A stretch of DNA of 64,000 nt. Origin: a virus. Position numbers and translations under genes: made by a program. The stretch covers positions 32,001 to 96,000 of the IMG/VR virus record IMGVR_UViG_3300005529_000023; one strand, written 5' to 3'. The notes under the pieces are model-generated. The model did not search any database and had not been told where the DNA came from. It was given only the letters and a program-made list of their open reading frames with translations. Of this stretch, positions 11,501 to 17,586 are shown piece after piece (positions within the stretch are counted from its first letter, which is position 1; every line of letters begins with the position of its first letter).

Positions 11501-12140
11501 GAACGGTAATGAGACAGCAGTCCTAATTCAGGAAGGCGTCGCCTACTCTGGTTACAAGCAGGTTTGGTTGTCCTCGGCAGAGCCAGGGGCAGCTTCTCGC
11601 AATACACTATTGTTCAATACCAATGCGCAGTATCAAAAGGTAGATGAGTCTGCTGGAGTACAGATGGTATCTGTTGGAAAACTCAACTTCAATACTACGG
11701 TAAGAAGTGGTCTCGACAGTTACAGGTTCAACACGGGTGCTATCGCTGAAGCAAATCGTATCATCTATGGCGACCCAAGAGACGCAACTACCTATCCAGG
11801 CGTTGGGGCAGCAGGAGCCGACATCTTTGTTCGCGAGCCTTTAACTCGTCGTATTCAGCTTTCGCTCGACATTCGTCTGTTGACGGGTGCTCCATTCAAC
11901 ACTGTTTCTCAGCAAGTTCGCAGTAGCGTTGCATCTCTGATCAATTCTAATCCTGTTGGTCAGTCTATCGACATCAGCTCGATCCTGAGCGCTGTGAGAT
12001 CAATCCCAGGTGTTCAATCTGTGGCAATTGATAGTCCAGCCTTTAGTGCAACTAGCGACTTGATCCAAATTGCTCCAAGTGAAAAGGCAAGAATTCTAGA
12101 TCCAACCCTAGACATTTCGGTCAACCAGATTGGTAGTTAA
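5565..12140 (+). CDS. Giant baseplate J/gp47-like wedge protein (2191 aa) with a large beta-rich insertion
   Basis: Baseplate-J-like N-terminus (DFNVGSAVTSFFE..ATGDALKRLA, V.A..PGSAGNV, GADSETDDQLRVR) and C-terminus (PVGQSIDISSILSAVRSIPGVQSV). Confidence 0.75.
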   Translation: MANNNIVTSGLPTPESYEQLLSDMLSAYAAKQGINDFNVGSAVTSFFEVVALVTARTSGDLFQILRDFSVDRATGDALKRLAAENNVTPISARPTTGLVSVIDDSFTKIFTKIYAGANPPNVGSTQIKVSDASAFTPTGNVYLGRGTPNVEGPIPYTSVAQSGAFWVINLSSPTTKFHNLGETVILAQGGNRSIGTNNIVISPGVGSSADIQYSVTSTAVILDGETEVDNVEVTAVLPGSAGNVPSGAIKQFASAPFSGATVTNPLPFDTGADSETDDQLRVRIKRALASIGLGTATAVKAALIGATPSDENATIVSDSIVQNTDGSATVYIDTGNGYEAKSSGVGLESIVDSALGGEDFFQLQTGGRQAPVAKAFLQSTLAAPFDLIGGDTLAVVVGGVTYQHVFATSDFLSPGGATAFEVTASINADTTLGFEATTAGGGIYVVLRAKAETNDNIHTAVPTTNGRDASVQMGMPSNTIETLRLYKNGVPLSKDGATATIFSQEQSFWSSTIANGDDIILSVDGTAPITYTILDTDFIATGLYTSVAPTNSLASWVQVLNAKLTGVTVSIVGTQLEITSNLGASNRAAVSIDPSSTLVSKGMFSSTLGLSSQGKASDFTLDRNTAQFELDTPLAAGDKLQAGSLNTQATVESTQISGGSITFAADAHVWLLIDNPGTVIATGVAGNTTLSVSKPSSNVIRYTSNISNAFANVVPGDYVIIWSAELDPTDRIEGRVNAVAPTTLDVLVTPTEWAAAATTISPVTFFDGFVILRSKLSPQKFRVQAGTKSLDQIAQELQNQTESLAFTVLQGQFLVVSSTTMDSSGNILVVTADAQGKLMGLPINTSDASKDSLIAFYDSGDFEADFPLFFHSPFASGVSANPIDSFITSVQSANSFSSDPNALISILHPYGSVGDAQPYGEDTQMTSLSGTTMGIVAQPDIRRLRSVDRFYLANPLDFGHQDTAVVVLDGDSSGKSFEIPFYRRGIANTSFASNPYNFNAYDVDSGATANFVSAFGAGFNFANYKVLMQAKKVLKPTPAQTAILYRATMWGRSGEKINVGYVYPSVPNAPIGSTVVVGSSVPIRINLQSGALASTSIDASTQWNVTITANTPLAGIDQVTYTWTGTGTNPALSLSGGEYVNILPSSGFSLANTGIFRVSTQGGFTPTATSFSVQRKTGFAVAESNKLTGVNNAITFYQPLATTAAAVAAYVAANLTQYVSATLVNDSGSSGSGVIGLSTFEDSGFTFDSVQLLDGINWIASSNLSGSPQFVFKSPLSLPTDVGYAFNNGEEVRLIPTTMEQVQALISVLAVSGFTTVGNAFVVDRAKRLELATSVLGSSGAIQIIGGLANEYQVPILDSASRFDNTYMSVSVDSVSSQGVHSDQWFRLQATQIQNKIAGLSSNSSVTAVGSSPIGGESTITLLGRTLTQRYFGKPRHSVRVRGDTFRVEKQGSLVCISWNGQGTNPTFVKNPLNFNDGGGGTLNVALVPSTSEAQYVILTGNTNFTELSIGDLVTVAGLPVSGNNGTFLVTGVSDDGKTIQVLNPNAQNEFSSGTYTLVTNSSPGDTFTVGGHALVAGTDFTIGGSANITASNLAATIATISQVAASANNNVVTVKGTFVGQSLSLAYSGTGTVTLSGSSIVGDSFVAGNFSASSGVSEGDTVIMTAPFSILNQGRFRVIRQNSNSIWIENPNAVEEEVALVSNLISLGFDSTTSFQVNATNHSFYLRWTGVGTEPHLENANMGDVLRVGTDFNASNRGDFMVLRSGVKLQQISQLTVPTGAQFVLSGAGKYFTVYNAGNINGYYVWYNVNGSNSDPAPGGGLTGVQVAILSGDSAVSVAAKTATAITGGTVGLTASAANGIVTVTTTGFVETNDPANVNVPAPFAVLVTQEGRRTFLECISPSAVNESSVLVTGGVLECNRPQMLFSEYEAAVPGDLFLVAGSVLGPTNAGSYAIKQVLSRDSAIVTGTLSSITNVSLNGNETAVLIQEGVAYSGYKQVWLSSAEPGAASRNTLLFNTNAQYQKVDESAGVQMVSVGKLNFNTTVRSGLDSYRFNTGAIAEANRIIYGDPRDATTYPGVGAAGADIFVREPLTRRIQLSLDIRLLTGAPFNTVSQQVRSSVASLINSNPVGQSIDISSILSAVRSIPGVQSVAIDSPAFSATSDLIQIAPSEKARILDPTLDISVNQIGS

Positions 12141-12142
12141 AC

Positions 12143-14032
12143 ATGGCCATTACGACCGCTGACGAACAATACAAGAGACTGCGATCCTATCTGAACTCTT
12201 ACATCAAAGGTAAGAATACAGATGCGGTGCTCACTGCTTTGGCCACGGGAAATGCGGCATACCTGATCAACAACGTTGCTGCAGTCAATGACCAACTTTA
12301 CATTACAACGGCCTCGGGCGAATACCTAGATCAACGTCTAGCTGATTTCGGTATCGTAAGGCCACCTTCAGTGGGTCTATCGGACGATGTTTTCCGTCAG
12401 ATCGGCATTGAAGTCAAAAACAGAAAACAGGTCAGAGACCTGATAAATAACCTGCTCGACGCTATTTTTGGCGATGCATTCGTGCGTGCTAACAATCCAG
12501 CTAGAGCTATTGAACCATACAACCTAGCAGATGGCGATACGCTCATCATTAACTTTGATGCGAACAATACCGTGACTCTTAGTTTCAAGGCAGCAGACTT
12601 TCAAAGCATTTCTGCAGCTAAGGCGCAAGAAGTAGCGGACGCTATCACAAAAACCTTAAGAAATTTGGGCTTCAACGGTACTGCGATTTCCCAGAATGAT
12701 GGGAACGGCAATTACGTGAATATTCTTTCCGATACCATTGGCCCCGCTTCCTCAGTCACAGTACTTGGAGGGAGCGCACAAAATCAATTGAGGTTTGATG
12801 CTCCGGTAGCAGCTGGCGGGAATATCTCTACGCAGTGGACTTTGTCCCTACAGCCAGGTGGAGTTATCAGGTTTACTTGGACAGGCGGAGCTAATCCACA
12901 AATTGGCAAAGTAGAAGCGGGTAACTACGTCAACATTTTCGGGGGCGGTTTTGCTTCTTCTACCAATGAGGGAAGTTATACTATCACCAGATCCGTAGGT
13001 GGACTAGTTGGTTCTTCTTTCTTTGAAGTCGTCAATCCCCTTGGTTCGCCAGGTATCGTGACTCAGGGCTCTGCAAATGCAGTTCTATTCTACAACCCTG
13101 TCAGAAAGACTCTTTCAAGTAATCTATCGTTCGCTGCAGCTTACCAAACGCAGGGTAGGGTGCTCCAAATCTTCTTGCCTGCTGCGACTAAGGTTATTCG
13201 CCGTAGTAGAGAGGGATCTGCGCACTTACATGACCCTCCTAATGTACAGTTCACTTTTAATGCAAACCCACATAGCGGCGATCAGTTCTCCTTTACTACG
13301 GGAACTACTTTAACTGCCGGACCAGACTTCGCCATTGGCGGAAACGTGCAGGCTACCATCTTGAATATGGTAACGGCACTTAGTTCTGTTCCTGGGCTCG
13401 ATTCTTTTGCTGGCACCAATACTTTGACGGTGTACCAGGATAGTCTTTCTTTGACTTTGACCGGAACTTACACAGGGGCGCAGGCAATCACAGCAAGTGG
13501 CCCACAGGGAGATCCTACTTCTCTAGAGCCCAACCAACAGGGTCCGTATATGTATGATACTAGCCAGCCTTTCACGGTTAGCAACATCGGAACTGTTTTG
13601 ACCCAGAACCTCGATGGAACAATGGCTAGGGTCTTCTCTGTTAAGGATTCTAGCGAGTTTCCAGATACCCAAGGCTATTTGATTTTTGGTTATGGAAGCC
13701 AGGAACAAGAGGGGCCAGTTCCATACATCTCTCGTCCTTCGAACAACACGCTTTTGATCAGCCCTTCCTACACGGTCAAAACTCCTCATCCATCAGGGAC
13801 CGACGTTGCTCTTGTGGCTCAGAAAGCTCCTGTAACGGTATCCAGGGATGGTTTGAACTTTCCTTTTTATGTTACCGACGTTGTCTCTGGTCGCGTGTAC
13901 GCGCAGGATTTGATCAACAGTATTGCCGCTACCGGAATCAGTATCGTTTTCACGATCCTGTACCCAAGCGATATCGGACTGGGTAAGTGGGGGACTTCTT
14001 TCACTGAAAACCCAACGGTTTGGGGTGAATAA
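12143..14032 (+). CDS. Baseplate wedge subunit (P2 GpI/Mu gp48-like N-terminus) with beta-rich extension
   Basis: TASGEYLDQRLADFGIVRP..LSDDVFR motif typical of the wedge partner of J; adjacent to J. Confidence 0.6.
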   Translation: MAITTADEQYKRLRSYLNSYIKGKNTDAVLTALATGNAAYLINNVAAVNDQLYITTASGEYLDQRLADFGIVRPPSVGLSDDVFRQIGIEVKNRKQVRDLINNLLDAIFGDAFVRANNPARAIEPYNLADGDTLIINFDANNTVTLSFKAADFQSISAAKAQEVADAITKTLRNLGFNGTAISQNDGNGNYVNILSDTIGPASSVTVLGGSAQNQLRFDAPVAAGGNISTQWTLSLQPGGVIRFTWTGGANPQIGKVEAGNYVNIFGGGFASSTNEGSYTITRSVGGLVGSSFFEVVNPLGSPGIVTQGSANAVLFYNPVRKTLSSNLSFAAAYQTQGRVLQIFLPAATKVIRRSREGSAHLHDPPNVQFTFNANPHSGDQFSFTTGTTLTAGPDFAIGGNVQATILNMVTALSSVPGLDSFAGTNTLTVYQDSLSLTLTGTYTGAQAITASGPQGDPTSLEPNQQGPYMYDTSQPFTVSNIGTVLTQNLDGTMARVFSVKDSSEFPDTQGYLIFGYGSQEQEGPVPYISRPSNNTLLISPSYTVKTPHPSGTDVALVAQKAPVTVSRDGLNFPFYVTDVVSGRVYAQDLINSIAATGISIVFTILYPSDIGLGKWGTSFTENPTVWGE

Positions 14033-14457
14033 TGGGTCAGTCACTAATTCTTTCGGGCGCAAATATCAAGCTCTACATCAACAACAAGGTCTACAAGGAA
14101 GTGCAATCTATTGCACTAGACGTGGACTATGGTGAAACAGAGATCTATGGGATCGATGCTGGTTATGCTCAGGAGATCGCTTCTACTCGTGTAACTGTAC
14201 GTGGAAGCGTGCGTGGGTTGCGCGTGAAGTATAGCGGCGGCCTACAGGCTTCAAACCTACGTCCACTCTTTTTGGATCTCGCGGCTGCCCCATACGTTTC
14301 GATTCGTATTCAGGATCGCGCCACAAGCGAAGACATCATCTTCATCCAGAATGCTAAGGTCACGAGAGAGAATCACGCCATTTCTGCAAAGGCTACTTAC
14401 AAGCTCAACTTTGACTTTGTAGGTCAAATTCCTTTGTGGGCTTTGGATCGCGCCTAA
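14032..14457 (+). CDS. Tail-tube-like protein (probable tube initiator/paralogue)
   Basis: 141 aa with the pattern SGANIKLYIN..VQSI..DYGETEIYGI..QEI..G.V.GLR seen in myovirus tube proteins. Confidence 0.6.
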   Translation: MGQSLILSGANIKLYINNKVYKEVQSIALDVDYGETEIYGIDAGYAQEIASTRVTVRGSVRGLRVKYSGGLQASNLRPLFLDLAAAPYVSIRIQDRATSEDIIFIQNAKVTRENHAISAKATYKLNFDFVGQIPLWALDRA

Positions 14458-14603
14458 TCGGCGGATTGCATCTGCATTTGATAAAGAAGATCGTCGCACC
14501 ACTGCCTATTGGCAGAGCATGCTTCATTGAATTTAACCATCAAGAAGAACATGGCAGCAATTCCGAGACCGACAACAAATCCTTTTAGGGCATGCTCCAT
14601 CAT
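14454..14603 (-). CDS. Small membrane protein (49 aa, MMEHALKGFVVGLGIAAMFFLMV...)
   Basis: Hand-translated, below the track cutoff; ATGA overlap with its neighbour; one hydrophobic segment. Confidence 0.5.
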   Translation of the reverse strand: MMEHALKGFVVGLGIAAMFFLMVKFNEACSANRQWCDDLLYQMQMQSAD

Positions 14604-14698
14604 TTGATGAGCCCTACTTTTTTCCAGAACCATCTAGAAAACTTCTCCACCCAAGGAGTGAAGACGAACACAAACATGTAAAACCAAAAGAGACTCAT
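14600..14698 (-). CDS. Tiny aromatic membrane peptide (32 aa, MSLFWFYMFVFVFTPWVEKFSRWFWKKVGLIK)
   Basis: Hand-translated; ATGA overlaps at both ends. Confidence 0.5.
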   Translation of the reverse strand: MSLFWFYMFVFVFTPWVEKFSRWFWKKVGLIK

Positions 14699-14922
14699 CG
14701 ATTCTGTTTCTCTTTCTGGCGTAGTTTGCGTCCTTCTTTTCCGCGAGGATGATGTTCTCGTGTATCTAAGATGGCTTTGATATTGTCCATTTCTATCTTC
14801 AGTTCTGGATAGTTGCCATCATGGTCAAGGTTGTACATTTTCCTGACCTTTTTGAAACGTTCTAGCAAACGATGAGTAGCGAGCTTTTTAAGAGTTTCTA
14901 CTTTCAGAATAGGACCGTACAT
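14695..14922 (-). CDS. Hypothetical basic protein (75 aa)
   Basis: Tightly packed ORF in the minus-strand island. Confidence 0.55.
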   Translation of the reverse strand: MYGPILKVETLKKLATHRLLERFKKVRKMYNLDHDGNYPELKIEMDNIKAILDTREHHPRGKEGRKLRQKEKQNR

Positions 14923-14924
14923 AT

Positions 14925-15473
14925 CTACTCCCTGAACTTCTTCAGCATGGCACAGTACATCCTGAAGGTATTGATGGCGTCATCCTGTGCATTGTGCTTT
15001 TGGCCTTGGAATGTAAGGCTAAGCTTGATCATGCTCCGGGCGAGTCCACCTTGGATTGGTTGTTTTCGGGCAAGTCTCCAACAGACGAAGAGGGTCTTCA
15101 CATCGATCCATCTCCTGCCAAAACACCAACCTTGAAAGCTAGAATTTTCTTTCTGGAGCTGTTCCAGAAGTTCTTGTGAGTCTCCGCCGCCCCAGGTGAT
15201 TGGGTTGACGAAGGCTTTATAGTACTCGTGCATGCTTTGGAGTTGCCTATAGGCTGTCTCAAGAGATACGCCGTTGTCTACGTCTTCTTGTGTAATCTTT
15301 GTTAGATCCGTAATCGCAGGATTCAGTTGTTCATAGGGATTGACAAAAACAGACAGCTTTTCTAGAACTTGACCTGTGGAAATGTTTCCAATACAAGCTC
15401 CGATCTGAATGATCTTTCTCGAAGGCTGATTCATTTCCAGATCTACAGATGTGAAAACGTCAATTGTGCTCAT
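14925..15473 (-). CDS. DEDDh 3'-5' exonuclease (DnaQ/KapD-like)
   Basis: SVDLEMNQ (ExoI), WGGGD (ExoII), HNAQDDA (ExoIII). Confidence 0.8.
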   Translation of the reverse strand: MSTIDVFTSVDLEMNQPSRKIIQIGACIGNISTGQVLEKLSVFVNPYEQLNPAITDLTKITQEDVDNGVSLETAYRQLQSMHEYYKAFVNPITWGGGDSQELLEQLQKENSSFQGWCFGRRWIDVKTLFVCWRLARKQPIQGGLARSMIKLSLTFQGQKHNAQDDAINTFRMYCAMLKKFRE

Positions 15474-15615
15474 CTATACCTGTACCTAAGAAGAAATACA
15501 TGATGGCTATCGAAAGATAGATCACGCCAATACTGGCTTCGCCCGCATAGAACTCAAGCGTAGCGCTGAATACCCATATACCTGAGGCTATGTTCCAAAG
15601 CGTTCTTTGCTTCAT
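15460..15615 (-). CDS. Small two-TM membrane protein (51 aa, MKQRTLWNIASGIW...)
   Basis: Hand-translated; ATGA overlap with the SLT stop; two hydrophobic stretches. Confidence 0.5.
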   Translation of the reverse strand: MKQRTLWNIASGIWVFSATLEFYAGEASIGVIYLSIAIMYFFLGTGIDEHN

Positions 15616-16052
15616 TTTTCAGCCAATTCATTTCTACAAGATAGTTTGTCCTGTAAGTTCTCTGCTAGATACTTCTGTACTCTTCGAACGTATTTGAGGT
15701 TGCGTGGATAGCCTGGGAATCTCTTGCTCTCGTTGAAAGAGCCGGCATTGTACGCAGCGGTCAACTTGCACCAGTCTTCTTCGCCATATCTCGATACTTG
15801 ATATGCGAGATATCTTGCGGCCCATTTAGCATTCGTGACTGGATTCATCAGTTCCAGGGTCTTGCCCTTGAATCCTAACATCCTGGCTGTGCCCTCTTTG
15901 ACATGGCAAATTCCATAGCTTGGGGAGCCGCCGTCCACTTTATTGATCTGGACAGTAAAACCATTACTTTCGTAGGAACAAATTGCAAAAAGTAGCGTAC
16001 CAGACACCTTCGCGATTTTGGCAGCTTTCATAATGACGGAAAGATAATACAT
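15612..16052 (-). CDS. Soluble lytic transglycosylase (SLT domain)
   Basis: LLFAICSYES (catalytic Glu), SYGICHV, NPVTNAKWAARYL, AAYNAG. GGAGG RBS. Confidence 0.85.
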   Translation of the reverse strand: MYYLSVIMKAAKIAKVSGTLLFAICSYESNGFTVQINKVDGGSPSYGICHVKEGTARMLGFKGKTLELMNPVTNAKWAARYLAYQVSRYGEEDWCKLTAAYNAGSFNESKRFPGYPRNLKYVRRVQKYLAENLQDKLSCRNELAEK

Positions 16053-16074
16053 CCGTACCTCCGATACTCTTTCC

Positions 16075-16102
16075 AGTATATCGCTATTTTCTTATTTTGC
16101 AA
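16075..16102 (-). promoter_or_regulatory. Sigma70-type promoter TTGCAA-N16-TATACT
   Basis: Read on the minus strand upstream of the SLT gene. Confidence 0.6.
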
Positions 16103-16119
16103 ATTGTTTTAAATTGTCG

Positions 16120-16126
16120 TAATCTA
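16120..16126 (+). promoter_or_regulatory. Variant late motif TAATCTA
   Basis: Same 13-nt offset to the ATG (16133) as CAATCTT to the ATG at 2881/2894; no SD. Confidence 0.4.
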
Positions 16127-16132
16127 TAGGGT

Positions 16133-16873
16133 ATGTCATTGAGAGACGAAATTACTCCTTATATAGACGGAAATGGCCTTGTAGCTCCAGGACTTGTAGC
16201 GGTAGGTGCCAAACAGGGATCGGACAACGGTCCAATGTATACTTCAGAACTCTATGTAATGTATGAGAAACTTGGGATGCTCACCGCCCAAGATAAACTG
16301 GATTACGCACAAAAGATCGGGCAATGCATCAATTCAGAGGGTATGCTTTGCCGAGTTCCGATCGGCCAAGATGATGGACAGGAGCAGGTGGACGACTATT
16401 ACGGTGTCTTGAATGGTTGCTACACGCTTGGCAACACGGACATTCCTCGAAAGTTTCTGAAGTCAGTCATTAAGAACTGGGGTTTCATGGACAACGAGAA
16501 TCCTGGGAGTCATTCGAACTGGTCTAGTTTCATGCCTCGCCAACTCCAGCTGATGGCTTCTTTAGTATCTGCATCTTTCCCGGGCTGGAACCCAATCAAC
16601 ATTCTGATCAGAAAGGGCTACGGTATCCTTTACTGGTACGCTGCAATCGTGATCTTCATCAGCTGCATCGGCGCTCCATCAAGCGACACTGACTCGCGCA
16701 GGCTGGCCTGGCACTTGATACAGAGCGTAGAAAACCACTCTCTATTATGCAAATTTGCTGCTACGGTCTGGTATCACAGACTTTACGCTACTTACGGTAG
16801 CGGAATGAAAGGCGTGGCGAAGCTTTACTATCAAGCCGGCCATCCCTTTGCAAAGTACTGGGTTACCGAGTAG
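16133..16873 (+). CDS. Hypothetical protein (246 aa)
   Basis: Long ORF with its own upstream motif; no family recognised. Confidence 0.6.
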   Translation: MSLRDEITPYIDGNGLVAPGLVAVGAKQGSDNGPMYTSELYVMYEKLGMLTAQDKLDYAQKIGQCINSEGMLCRVPIGQDDGQEQVDDYYGVLNGCYTLGNTDIPRKFLKSVIKNWGFMDNENPGSHSNWSSFMPRQLQLMASLVSASFPGWNPINILIRKGYGILYWYAAIVIFISCIGAPSSDTDSRRLAWHLIQSVENHSLLCKFAATVWYHRLYATYGSGMKGVAKLYYQAGHPFAKYWVTE

Positions 16874-17063
16874 CGAATCTGTCCGTTTCAAGAGGGCAAA
16901 GATCGAGTTCTTCTCGGCTAGTGGGCCTGTGCATCTGGCTTTCGAATCCGTACCACAGATTTCCATTGGCTAACAAAACTATATATTGCTTGTATAAGCC
17001 GATGACGGTTCCGGCCTGTCCGGTGCCGACGATTACTACTTCGCCTTCTTCGTATTTGATCAT
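16863..17063 (-). CDS. Hypothetical protein (66 aa, small beta-barrel-like)
   Basis: ATGA overlap with the upstream gene. Confidence 0.55.
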   Translation of the reverse strand: MIKYEEGEVVIVGTGQAGTVIGLYKQYIVLLANGNLWYGFESQMHRPTSREELDLCPLETDRFATR

Positions 17064-17434
17064 TTTCTTAGGATGCCCTTAACACTGCCAGGATCGTATT
17101 TCTGAGCTTTCGTTCTGTGAGGACAAGCATTGCACTTCCTCAGATACCAGGGTTCGCCCATCTTTGAGAAAACCATGATTTCCAGATATCCGTTGCACCC
17201 GGATTCTCTACAAGCCCATGTCTTCTTTAGATTATCCAAGATTTCTTGGCCTTCTTTTGCCTTATCATCTTGGTAGGTTTCTTGGATCATTTCTTTGATA
17301 TTTTCGTAGCGATCCAGGTCCAATCTGGCGAGTTCTTTTCTTAACTGTGCTAACTCTCTTTTCAACCTCTTGTTTTCATTGACTAACTTCTGCTCTCTCG
17401 TAAATTCTTTGTTTCCACGTCGAGTCTTGCCCAC
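17060..17434 (-). CDS. Coiled-coil protein with C-terminal zinc ribbon
   Basis: CRESGC...CNAC Cys pairs; GTG start with GAGG RBS. Confidence 0.6.
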   Translation of the reverse strand: MGKTRRGNKEFTREQKLVNENKRLKRELAQLRKELARLDLDRYENIKEMIQETYQDDKAKEGQEILDNLKKTWACRESGCNGYLEIMVFSKMGEPWYLRKCNACPHRTKAQKYDPGSVKGILRK

Positions 17435-17489
17435 AGCTGTTCCTCTTTGAAGGGTTATATCTCAAAGATTGGCCTATCTGCCTTATTTC

Positions 17490-17518
17490 ACTATATATGA
17501 TAAATACAGGGAAAGCAA
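17490..17518 (-). promoter_or_regulatory. Sigma70-type promoter TTGCTT-N17-TATAGT
   Basis: Divergent intergenic region 17435-17586. Confidence 0.6.
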
Positions 17519-17536
17519 CGAGATTAGGAGATAAGC

Positions 17537-17552
17537 GAGAACGCAATCTTTA
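17537..17552 (+). promoter_or_regulatory. Candidate late promoter GAGAACGCAATCTTTA
   Basis: 15/16 identical to 5531-5546; upstream of the fibre operon. Confidence 0.6.
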
Positions 17553-17586
17553 GAAGGTATACACCTAATCGATCGAAGGTACTTAA

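Noticed and set aside
5612-13789. Many 60-110-aa alternative-frame and antisense ORFs inside the baseplate genes
   Set aside because: Fully nested in long genes, with no motifs or RBS; expected by chance.
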